DNA of 64,000 bases from Minisyncoccia bacterium (lineage in GTDB: Bacteria; Patescibacteriota; Minisyncoccia; SW-4-49-11), in contig JBIIRM010000003.1 in NCBI GenBank assembly GCA_044341565.1, positions 45,187 through 109,186 on the forward strand, read 5' to 3'. Below are positions 54,150 to 62,695 of this stretch, one piece after another (position 1 is the stretch's first letter; each line of letters starts with the position of its first letter). Made by a program: the position numbers and the translations under genes. The notes beneath the pieces were generated by a model. That model searched no databases. It was not told the DNA's origin and saw only the letters and a program-made list of their open reading frames with translations.

Positions 54150-54814
54150 TAGAAGTCAAAAATTTATCAAAAATCTATCAAATGAATGCAGAGAACAAAG
54201 TCTTTGCATTAAATGATATTTCATTTATCGCCGAGACCAAAGAAATGGTGGCTATTATTGGAAGTTCTGGATCTGGAAAATCTACTCTTTTGAATATATT
54301 GGGGGGACTTGATCGTATTTATGAGGGTGAGGTAATTGTAGATAATAAAGATATTAAAGATTATAACCCCAATATATATCGAAGATTTAAAGTTGGGACT
54401 ATTTTTCAGCAATTTAATCTTATATCTGCTTTGAATGTACTGGAGAATATATTGCTTCCAGTCAAATTTGGAAAACAATTATCAGTGAAGGAATCGGAAG
54501 ATAGAGCAAAATATCTATTGGATAAAGTAGGTTTGTTAGATAGATTAAAGCATAAGCCAAGCGAACTATCAGGAGGACAAATGCAAAGAGTAGCTATTGC
54601 CCGAGCTTTGCTTGCGAAGCCAGAAATATTATTAGCTGATGAGCCAACAGGAAATCTGGACTCAGTTACCGGTAAGGAAATAATGCATTTATTATTCGAA
54701 TTAAATGCTGAAGAGAGTATGACTATGTTTCTTGTTACTCATGATTTACATTTGGCTGAGGGAATAGACAGGAAACTATTCTTACGTGATGGTAGAATAG
54801 TAGATAATATATAA
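54146..54814 (+). CDS. ABC transporter ATP-binding protein (MacB/LolD/FtsE-like)
   Basis: Walker A GSSGSGKST, signature LSGGQMQR, Walker B ILLADEPT. Confidence 0.9.
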   Translation: MIEVKNLSKIYQMNAENKVFALNDISFIAETKEMVAIIGSSGSGKSTLLNILGGLDRIYEGEVIVDNKDIKDYNPNIYRRFKVGTIFQQFNLISALNVLENILLPVKFGKQLSVKESEDRAKYLLDKVGLLDRLKHKPSELSGGQMQRVAIARALLAKPEILLADEPTGNLDSVTGKEIMHLLFELNAEESMTMFLVTHDLHLAEGIDRKLFLRDGRIVDNI

Positions 54815-54817
54815 TAT

Positions 54818-56098
54818 ATGATTGGATATGCCATTAGTTTAGTCACAAGACGAAAATTAAGAACAATATTAACGAGTTTAGGTATTACTATTGCAGTCAT
54901 TCTATTATCTTTGATTATTTTTGGAATGCAGGATCTTAAAAAATTATTAGTGAGTGCCATTCAGACACAATTCAAATCAAATGAAATATTTATTTCTAAT
55001 TCCGGGGGAGCTGGAGCTTTTGCGCCTCCATCAGCTGAAGAAACTGATGCGAATGAAACTACGCTTATTACTCAAGATGTGGTGAATAATATTAAAAAAA
55101 TAGAAGGGGTAGACAATACAGTACCTGTTACTATTGTGAATAATCTTGAGATTAAAGTAGACGGTAAAGATAAAGCCTATAGCCCAGCTTTTATATCGGG
55201 ATGGGATATAAAGGGAGATGACACCTATTTTACTGATTTCTGGGGTGATAAAAGTAAGCCAGAAGGAAATAGTATTTTTGTTTCAAAATCAGTAGCTGAA
55301 TTCTATGATATTAAACCAGAAGAATTAATAGGAAAAAAAGTAAGTTTTATTACCTCAAAAAGTGCTTTATTTGGCACAGTAAAGACAAAAGAAATTCTTG
55401 ATAAAAAATTTGACTATACTATTAAAGGAGTATTTGATCCAGGGTCTGATCGTAATGATGCTATTGTTTCCCTTGATACTTCTGTCGCAATTCTCACCGA
55501 TATTGGGGGATTTGATTCTAAAGATGAATATATTTCATCAGTAGGATATGATTTACTTCGAGTAACAGGGGATGAGGCTAATATTAAAGGTATTAAACAG
55601 GAAATAAAAGATACATATAATTTTAAAGGAATATTTACCGCAGATGATGTATTAGGATTCTTGAATCAAATTATTCAGGCCTTTACTATTGCTCTTATAG
55701 CATTTGGTACCATATCAGCAGTGATTGCAGCCATTGGAATTACCAATACTATGGTAATGAGTATTTATGAGCAAACCAAAGAAATTGGTATATTAAAGGC
55801 AATGGGGGCATCCAATGGACAGATTTTAGGAGTATTCTTGATACAATCAGCTTTAATAGGATTATTAGGAGGTATAGTTGGGTTACTCGTAGTAATTGCA
55901 AGTATGCAAGTTGGTAATATATTTATTGTAAAACAATTGAATGATATTGGTTTTGAGGTTGATACATTTTTCCATTTTAATCTTGGCTCAACTCTAATAA
56001 TTGTTGCAATTAGTATCGCTATTGGAATATTAGCAGGAATTTATCCGGCTCTTAAGGCTGCTACACTCAATCCAGTAAAAGCTTTAAGATCAGAATAA
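54818..56098 (+). CDS. ABC transporter permease, FtsX/MacB-type
   Basis: N-terminal TM, large periplasmic-type domain, C-terminal 3-TM FtsX-like bundle, 426 aa. Confidence 0.8.
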   Translation: MIGYAISLVTRRKLRTILTSLGITIAVILLSLIIFGMQDLKKLLVSAIQTQFKSNEIFISNSGGAGAFAPPSAEETDANETTLITQDVVNNIKKIEGVDNTVPVTIVNNLEIKVDGKDKAYSPAFISGWDIKGDDTYFTDFWGDKSKPEGNSIFVSKSVAEFYDIKPEELIGKKVSFITSKSALFGTVKTKEILDKKFDYTIKGVFDPGSDRNDAIVSLDTSVAILTDIGGFDSKDEYISSVGYDLLRVTGDEANIKGIKQEIKDTYNFKGIFTADDVLGFLNQIIQAFTIALIAFGTISAVIAAIGITNTMVMSIYEQTKEIGILKAMGASNGQILGVFLIQSALIGLLGGIVGLLVVIASMQVGNIFIVKQLNDIGFEVDTFFHFNLGSTLIIVAISIAIGILAGIYPALKAATLNPVKALRSE

Positions 56099-56139
56099 TT
56101 ATACAAAGATCAAAAATAGGGTATAATAGAAAAGAGAAA

Positions 56140-57387
56140 ATGAAAAAAATGCAAAAAAAAGGATTTACATTATTAGAGGTATTACTGGTTATCGCTTTAA
56201 TAGGGATATTATTGACTATTATATTGGTAGTCCTCAATCCAAGGGAGCGTTTTGCTGTAGCTCGTAATGATGTTAGGAAATCTGATATACAAAAATTAGA
56301 AGGAGCTCTTACCCAATATCGCCTACAAGAGGGTTCATATCCAGCTGGACTTACTTCAACCTTACAAGAAATTTGTGACCCAGATATTAGTAATCCTTCC
56401 GTAAATTGTGGTAGCTATATTAACTTATCATCTCTTGTCCCAACTTATATTCAATCAATACCACAAGATCCCCAAGACACTGATTCAACAGGAGGTTCTG
56501 GATATCAAGTTGCGGTAGATGTGACACGAAATGTAGTAGCACTAAAAGCAATACAGGCAGAATCCTCAGCTACAATATCTATTAATAACCCCTTATCATC
56601 GGCTCTATCAAGTACAGCGGTGAATACACCCCTTGCAGCAAGTAACCCTCCCATAACTAGTCAAACTCCACCTTTAGTACCTAATACAGGAGATGTATCG
56701 CTACTGCTCCACGCGGATGGCAGTTTTGCAGACAGTAGTCCTAATAATTTTGTTCCGATGAGTACCGGAGGGAGTGGCGGGGGTGTGCAAATTAGCACTA
56801 CTCAGAGCAAGTTTGGTGGTTCAAGCCTATTCTTCCCAGATGTGGACATAAACAATGCCCCCTATCCCGCGTTGTCATATTGGACACCTGAGTCTGGTGG
56901 ATATAATTATTTCCCTGAGTTTAGCCTAGGAAATACTTATACAATTGAAGCATGGGTCTACGCAATTACACCCAGGGGAGGAATAGTTGAGAGGCTTGCT
57001 GGAGCTTTTTCACAGGAATATGGGTACTCTATGACGTTTGAAGGAACACGAATAAAATGTTACTTTTACGGAACCTTCGACGGTTCAGGATTTCAACAGT
57101 ATATCTTAGCTCCTTCTGCGTTTCCCACCTCAACCTGGGTTCATGTAGCAATGGTTCGTAGTGGAACAAACGGAGCCTTATACATTAACGGTGAGTCAGT
57201 TGGTACTATAAATAATCTTAACACTCCGCAAGGAAGTGTCAAGCCGGTTCTTATAGGTTCAAAAAGTGTTGGAAGCGGAGGAAATTATAACACTATCTTC
57301 TTCAACGGTTACATAGATGATCTACGTATCACTAAAGGAGTTGCCATATACACCTCTAACTTCACCCCACCTACTTCAGCTTTTTGA
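56140..57387 (+). CDS. type IV pilin-like protein with C-terminal LamG-like (concanavalin A-type lectin/glucanase) domain
   Basis: Prepilin N-terminus KKGFTLLEVLLVIALIGIL. C-terminal LLLHADGSF..KFGGSSLFF....FTIEAWVY....WVHVAMV..G.LYINGESVG....FNGYIDDLRI is the LamG_3 pattern. Confidence 0.8.
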   Translation: MKKMQKKGFTLLEVLLVIALIGILLTIILVVLNPRERFAVARNDVRKSDIQKLEGALTQYRLQEGSYPAGLTSTLQEICDPDISNPSVNCGSYINLSSLVPTYIQSIPQDPQDTDSTGGSGYQVAVDVTRNVVALKAIQAESSATISINNPLSSALSSTAVNTPLAASNPPITSQTPPLVPNTGDVSLLLHADGSFADSSPNNFVPMSTGGSGGGVQISTTQSKFGGSSLFFPDVDINNAPYPALSYWTPESGGYNYFPEFSLGNTYTIEAWVYAITPRGGIVERLAGAFSQEYGYSMTFEGTRIKCYFYGTFDGSGFQQYILAPSAFPTSTWVHVAMVRSGTNGALYINGESVGTINNLNTPQGSVKPVLIGSKSVGSGGNYNTIFFNGYIDDLRITKGVAIYTSNFTPPTSAF

Positions 57388-57450
57388 TGGGTTATATGTG
57401 ACCACTTTTTCTGTTGATTAAATAATTATTATTACCGCTAGAGTAGTATA

Positions 57451-57633
57451 TTGATCAGAGGTGATGGGTCTCGAGATAATACCTTTAATATCGGGGCAGG
57501 ATTTATGAGTACTGCTCAGACTATTATACAACAAAATGATGGGAACTTCGTTATAGGTAGCTATTTTGATACTTATCAAGGAGTAGCAGCTTATATAGCT
57601 CGTCTTAATACTGATGGAAGTAGAGCTCAGTAA
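57451..57633 (+). pseudogene. orphan 3' fragment of a delta-60 beta-propeller repeat gene (paralogous to the 3' end of 41261..43654)
   Basis: It encodes a single repeat ending ...YQGVAAYIARLNTDGSRAQ*, almost identical at protein and DNA level to the C-terminus ...YQGVAAQYIARLNTDGSRAQ* of the 797-aa pilin-like gene. No prepilin N-terminus. Confidence 0.55.
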
Positions 57634-57695
57634 TACATTACCCTATCTTTTTTATCATAAATATTCTATACTAGGTCTAAGATAATGTATTATAT

Positions 57696-58358
57696 ATGAG
57701 TATTATAGTCCCTGCGATATTGGCAAGTACCAAACAAGAATTCAGAGAATATCTATCTCAAATTAAATCTGTAGCTCATAATATTCAAATAGATATTATG
57801 GATGGTGAATTTGTGGAGAGTAAATCTTTATTCCCGAGAGAGTTTTTCTATGAAGATTTTGGAAGTCTCAAAGTGGAAATTCATATTATGGCTACTTTCA
57901 AAAATACCCAAGATATTATTGAAAGCCTAAAATCATTTGCTCCTCTTACTCGTATTATTGTACATCAAGAAAGTTGTGAAAATCTTGAGCAATTGCGTCA
58001 ATTAGTAAATCAAGTAAAGGGTATTAATAAAGAGATCTCTATTGCAATTAACCCCGATACTGATATACGAGATATTGGTAAAGTAGTAAAGAAAATTGAA
58101 GGAGTACAATTCATGGGTGTTAATCCCGGATTTTATGGAGCAGCATTGCAAGAAAAGGTTTATAATAAAGTAACTGAATTCAAAGAGCGTTATACTATGT
58201 ATGAGGGAGATATAGCTTGGGATGGGGGAGTTAATAAAGACAATATTAAGACTATTCAAGATTTAGGTGTGAATCGTATTGCTATTGGAAGTGTTATATT
58301 CAAATCAGATAATCCAGCTCAAAGTTATCAGGAATTAATTATTCTATTAAAGGCATAA
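57696..58358 (+). CDS. rpe: ribulose-phosphate 3-epimerase
   Basis: TIM-barrel Rpe pattern (IVPAILAS..., ...IDIMDG..., HIM...), 220 aa. Confidence 0.85.
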   Translation: MSIIVPAILASTKQEFREYLSQIKSVAHNIQIDIMDGEFVESKSLFPREFFYEDFGSLKVEIHIMATFKNTQDIIESLKSFAPLTRIIVHQESCENLEQLRQLVNQVKGINKEISIAINPDTDIRDIGKVVKKIEGVQFMGVNPGFYGAALQEKVYNKVTEFKERYTMYEGDIAWDGGVNKDNIKTIQDLGVNRIAIGSVIFKSDNPAQSYQELIILLKA

Positions 58359-58369
58359 TTGAGACAATT

Positions 58370-59665
58370 ATGGCAAATTCACTTATATCAAAACTAAAAT
58401 CATATTATCATATTGGGATTACCTATGGAGCTCATATTATAACGGGTCGCCCAAGTGAATCAATGATAGTAATAGGAATTACGGGAACTAAGGGTAAGAC
58501 GAGTACTGTCTATGCTCTCTATCAAGTGCTTATCAAATTAGGGCTTAAGGTGGGATTGTCCTCTTCCGTATATACCAGTAATGGTAAAGAATTAATCAAA
58601 AATCCTATTCGCAATTCCATGCCAGGAAGAGGCCGAATTCATCAATTAATGAGAGAATCTCAACAAAATGGGGCGACTGTATTCATTGTAGAGGTTACTA
58701 GTGAGGGATTGGCTCAAAATCGTCATCTTGGTATTCATTTTGACTCTGTTGTAATTACCAATTTATATCCAGAGCATTTGGAAGCTCATGGAGGTTTTGA
58801 GAATTATAAAAGAGCTAAAGGAATATTATTCAACGTTTTTGATACAGCTAAGACTAAAACTGTTCAAGGCAAAGTCATTCAGCCTATATCTTGGGTGAAT
58901 CAAGATGATGAACATCAAGAATATTATCGCAACTTAACACAAAAAACAGTATATTCAATTGGGAAATCAGATAAGGCTCGTATACAAATGAAATCGATTG
59001 AATCAGATGAAAATGGATTGGTATTCACCTATACTGATAAAAATCTTAATACATCCTATCAAGTTACAACCCCAGTTCTAGGAGAATTTATGGGATATAA
59101 TCTGTTATTTGTAATTGGTATAGCTCATTGGTTAGGTTTTGAATATGAAGCTATTAACAAAACTCTAGCTACATTAAATGATATTCCGGGGCGTATGAAT
59201 AAAATTGCTACAAATCCAACAATTTTTGTTGATTATGCCCATATTCCAGAAGCTTTAGAAAAAGTATATCAAACTATTAATTTAAGTTTTAAGGGTAAGG
59301 GAAAAACTATTGCCATATTAGGTTCTTGTGGTGGGGGAAGAGATACTTGGAAGCGATTCCCAATGGGAAAAATTGCAGCCCAGATGAATGATTATGTTAT
59401 TGTAACAGATGAAGATCCCTATGATGAAAATCCGCAGTCTATTATTGATGAGGTATTCTCAGGGGTACTTGAGTCAGGAAAAATTGAGAATACGAATGCC
59501 TGGAAAGTATTATCTCGCCGAGATGCTATTATAAAAGCACTTGCTTTAGCTGAGAGAGAAGATGTGATTATTGTAACAGGGAAGGGGAGTGAAACTAGTA
59601 TTATGAGAGCCAAGGGAGAAAAAGAAAATTGGAATGATACCGAGGTTATTTTAAGCTTATTATGA
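58370..59665 (+). CDS. Mur ligase family protein (central + C-terminal domains)
   Basis: ATP-binding GITGTKGKTST and DYAHIPEAL. There is no N-terminal UDP-binding domain, so the specific member (MurE/MurF/MurT-like) is not resolved. Confidence 0.7.
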   Translation: MANSLISKLKSYYHIGITYGAHIITGRPSESMIVIGITGTKGKTSTVYALYQVLIKLGLKVGLSSSVYTSNGKELIKNPIRNSMPGRGRIHQLMRESQQNGATVFIVEVTSEGLAQNRHLGIHFDSVVITNLYPEHLEAHGGFENYKRAKGILFNVFDTAKTKTVQGKVIQPISWVNQDDEHQEYYRNLTQKTVYSIGKSDKARIQMKSIESDENGLVFTYTDKNLNTSYQVTTPVLGEFMGYNLLFVIGIAHWLGFEYEAINKTLATLNDIPGRMNKIATNPTIFVDYAHIPEALEKVYQTINLSFKGKGKTIAILGSCGGGRDTWKRFPMGKIAAQMNDYVIVTDEDPYDENPQSIIDEVFSGVLESGKIENTNAWKVLSRRDAIIKALALAEREDVIIVTGKGSETSIMRAKGEKENWNDTEVILSLL

Positions 59666-59717
59666 ACATAAAATAATCATATGGTATACTAAAAAATAAG
59701 TAACCAATATATATAGT

Positions 59718-60983
59718 ATGCAAAATAAAAAAGAAAAAGGCTTTACATTATTGGAGATATTACTAGTAATAGCAGTAATAGGAATATTAGCAGCTATAGT
59801 ATTAATTGCTATTAATCCTAATAAACAAATAGTGCAAGCTCGTAATACTGCTAGGAAAGTTGATATTAATACATTAGAAAAAGCCTTAAGACAATATTCT
59901 ATAGATAATGCAGGTCAGCTCCCAAATGTAATACTGAATCAATATAAAGTAATTTGTAGACAAGGTATTACTGATCCTTCTTGTATTAATCTTGATGTTT
60001 TGGTACCCACATATATTGCGGCTATTCCTCGGGATACACAATCAAATACTATTAATACAGGATATTCGGTAGCAGTAAATCCCAATAATACGAATGTTTC
60101 TATTGTTGCAAATTTAGCTGAACAGTTTGTAGAAATTTCAATTAATAAATTTAATGAAGGAAGTGGCGCTTCGGCTTTATTAGCAGCTAATTCTTGTCAA
60201 TCTATTTTGTCTTCTGGATACTCAACTGGAAATGGAGTATATTGGATTAATTTACCTACTTCAGGTGCTACACAGATATATTGTCTTATGGATACATTAT
60301 TTGATGGTGGTGGCTGGATGTTGGCTATGAAAGCTACTCGCGGCACTACATTTAATTATGACTCTGCTCATTGGACTACAACAACAACATTAAATCCCAC
60401 CGATCTAACGAGAAACGATGCGGATGCTAAGTATCATACTATGAACTATTACCCCACCAGGGATTTAATGGCCGTGTGGCCAGATATCCCAACAGCTGGA
60501 GGAAGTATTCCTAATACTGGAAGCTGGACTTGGTTGGAAAAGAATTTTTACAATGGTGGTAATCGAACTACTCCTATAAATTTCTTTAGCACAATGGGAA
60601 CATATAATAATGGCGGAACACCTAGTACGGGTGATTATGGCGGCTATTTTATTAAAGACGCTAAGACATTTAGTGGCTGGGCAAATGGTGTGTTTTCGAG
60701 CCAGGTAGATATTAGATTTTATGGATTCAACTTTATCAATCATCCTAATTATGGATTTAATGGTAGAGTCCGTTGGGGATTTGGATGGAATGAGAATGGT
60801 GAGGGACTATATACTAGTCCTGCTACACTAGCCACCGGCTGGGCACCTGGGTCGGATGACGTAAGTGGTGGTATAGGTATGGCAAGTCAATTTGGTAGTT
60901 ATTCAGCTGGAGATATAATTAACTGCTGTCAAGATAATACAGGTATAAACCGATCCGCTAGAGTTGAATTATATATTAGATAA
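59718..60983 (+). CDS. type IV pilin-like protein fused to a fibrinogen-related (FReD-like) domain
   Basis: Prepilin N-terminus KEKGFTLLEILLVIAVIGIL. ANSCQSILSSGYSTGNGVYWINLPTSGATQIYCLMDTLFDGGGWMLAMK parallels the fibrinogen C-terminal-domain opening (C..I...G...SG.Y.I........VYCDM.TDGGGWTV). Later FReD landmarks are less clear. Confidence 0.6.
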   Translation: MQNKKEKGFTLLEILLVIAVIGILAAIVLIAINPNKQIVQARNTARKVDINTLEKALRQYSIDNAGQLPNVILNQYKVICRQGITDPSCINLDVLVPTYIAAIPRDTQSNTINTGYSVAVNPNNTNVSIVANLAEQFVEISINKFNEGSGASALLAANSCQSILSSGYSTGNGVYWINLPTSGATQIYCLMDTLFDGGGWMLAMKATRGTTFNYDSAHWTTTTTLNPTDLTRNDADAKYHTMNYYPTRDLMAVWPDIPTAGGSIPNTGSWTWLEKNFYNGGNRTTPINFFSTMGTYNNGGTPSTGDYGGYFIKDAKTFSGWANGVFSSQVDIRFYGFNFINHPNYGFNGRVRWGFGWNENGEGLYTSPATLATGWAPGSDDVSGGIGMASQFGSYSAGDIINCCQDNTGINRSARVELYIR

Positions 60984-60992
60984 CAAAATTAT

Positions 60993-62264
60993 ATGGCAAA
61001 ATTTAAGATTAAAGGAAAGCAATTTGGTAAAAAGGGTTTAATTCCCGTATATGGAGCCAAGAATTCAGCAATAAAATTATTACCAGCTACACTCTTGATT
61101 GATGGAGTAATAACTCTTCATAATATTCCCGATATTGATGATATTCGCGATATGATTGCGATATTGATTGCACTGGGGGCAAAGGTAGATAAAATCGCCC
61201 AACATTCTTATACTATTGATACCACTACTATTGATAATAATAAAATTCCTATTGAACTTGCAATCAAAATGCGAGCCTCATTTTTGTTTATTGCTCCATT
61301 ATTAATTCGTTTTGGAGAAGTTGAATTTCCTCATCCTGGAGGAGATGCAATTGGTCGTAGGCCAATTGATATGACATTAGAAAGTCTTAGATTAATGGGA
61401 GCTGAAGTGATTGAGGATAATCAAAAATATATATTCCGATTACCCAATAAAAGTCTTAAAGGAATAGAATATATATTCAAATGGATTTCGCATACATCTA
61501 CAGAGAATTTAATTATGGCGGCGGTAAAGGCAGAAGGGAAGACAATCATTTATAATGCTGCTCTTGAGCCAGAAATTACTGCTCTTTGTGATATGTTACG
61601 AGGAGCGGGAGCTCAGATTACTGGAGATGGTACCTCACAAATTGAAATTGAAGGAGTTCAAGAATTATCCTCAGTAGAATATACTAATATACCAGATAGA
61701 CTTGAGGCAGGTACATTTGCAATTTTAGCGGCTCTCACCCGAAGTAATATTATGGTTACTGATATTAATCCTAATCATTTGAGAGTATTCTGGAAATTCC
61801 TTGATATGGCGGGTATACAATATGAATTAGGGGATGACTTTGTACATATTATTCCTCATCATAATAGCTATAAGGCTCTACAGCTTAAAACACATGAATA
61901 TCCTGGTTTTGTAACTGATTTACAAGCCCCATTTACCCTTTTATTAACACAGGCTATTGGTACTTCGGTAGTGCAGGAGACTATATTTGATGGAAGATTA
62001 TTTTATACGGATACTTTGAATCAAATGGGTGCTAATATCATTATGTGTGATCCCTATCGCGTAGTAGTAAATGGACCTACTCAATTATATGGACGCAAAA
62101 TAGAAAGCCCTGATGTAAGAGCTGGCATGACATTTTTATTAGCAGCTTTAATTGCTGAGAGAGATAGTGAAATTCATAATATTTATCATATTGATAGAGG
62201 ATATGAGAAAATAGAAGAGCGCCTCACCAATATAGGCTTTGATATTATACGAGAAAATACATAG
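60993..62264 (+). CDS. murA: UDP-N-acetylglucosamine 1-carboxyvinyltransferase
   Basis: EPSP-synthase fold. GKNSAIKLL at the N-terminus and typical MurA length (423 aa). Confidence 0.9.
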   Translation: MAKFKIKGKQFGKKGLIPVYGAKNSAIKLLPATLLIDGVITLHNIPDIDDIRDMIAILIALGAKVDKIAQHSYTIDTTTIDNNKIPIELAIKMRASFLFIAPLLIRFGEVEFPHPGGDAIGRRPIDMTLESLRLMGAEVIEDNQKYIFRLPNKSLKGIEYIFKWISHTSTENLIMAAVKAEGKTIIYNAALEPEITALCDMLRGAGAQITGDGTSQIEIEGVQELSSVEYTNIPDRLEAGTFAILAALTRSNIMVTDINPNHLRVFWKFLDMAGIQYELGDDFVHIIPHHNSYKALQLKTHEYPGFVTDLQAPFTLLLTQAIGTSVVQETIFDGRLFYTDTLNQMGANIIMCDPYRVVVNGPTQLYGRKIESPDVRAGMTFLLAALIAERDSEIHNIYHIDRGYEKIEERLTNIGFDIIRENT

Positions 62265-62289
62265 TCTTCTTTTAGGTTTTTTTACATAT

Positions 62290-62334
62290 TGTCCCTCGCT
62301 GGCGAGGGGGGACCACAAAGTGGTGGGTGTGGAC
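62290..62334 (-). repeat. GC-rich double-hairpin dispersed repeat, copy 3 (inverted orientation)
   Basis: The reverse complement GTCCACACCCACCACTTTGTGGTCCCCCCTCGCCAGCGAGGGACA matches copies at 5654 and 12888. Confidence 0.8.
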
Positions 62335-62382
62335 CTGATTATGAATAAGATGAGGAATATCATAGACAAAATATGAGTTATG

Positions 62383-62573
62383 TAGGGGCGACCTTACAGT
62401 CGCCTGTATTCCACCCCGTCCGCCTAAAGGCGACCACCCCTCAAGAGGGAAATATATAAAAATGTAGTGTTCTAAATATTTCCTGCCTAGGTTGTGGGTA
62501 TATAGGACCGCTCTATATCATAAAATACATTGTCCTGAAAATTCCCCTCTTGAGGGGTGCCATCTTTGATGGC
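62383..62573. repeat. cluster of short GC-rich hairpin motifs in a 430-bp intergenic region (GTAGGGGCGACCTTACAGTCGCC; CCGCCTAAAGGCG; CCACCCCTCAAGAGGG; CCCCTCTTGAGGGG; GCCATCTTTGATGGC)
   Basis: CCACCCCTCAAGAGGG also occurs at 8012-8029, and CCCCTCTTGAGGGG is its reverse complement. GTAGGGGCGACCTT.CAGTCGC also occurs at 15424-15445. Confidence 0.7.
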
Positions 62574-62695
62574 GGGATGGAGGACACTATTGTGTACCTA
62601 TCTACATTTTAAATTTACCTCTTTGTCTACAAGCTCCTCATCTCAATCTCATACAAATTAATCATATATTCATAATTTCATGATATACTTTCTAT

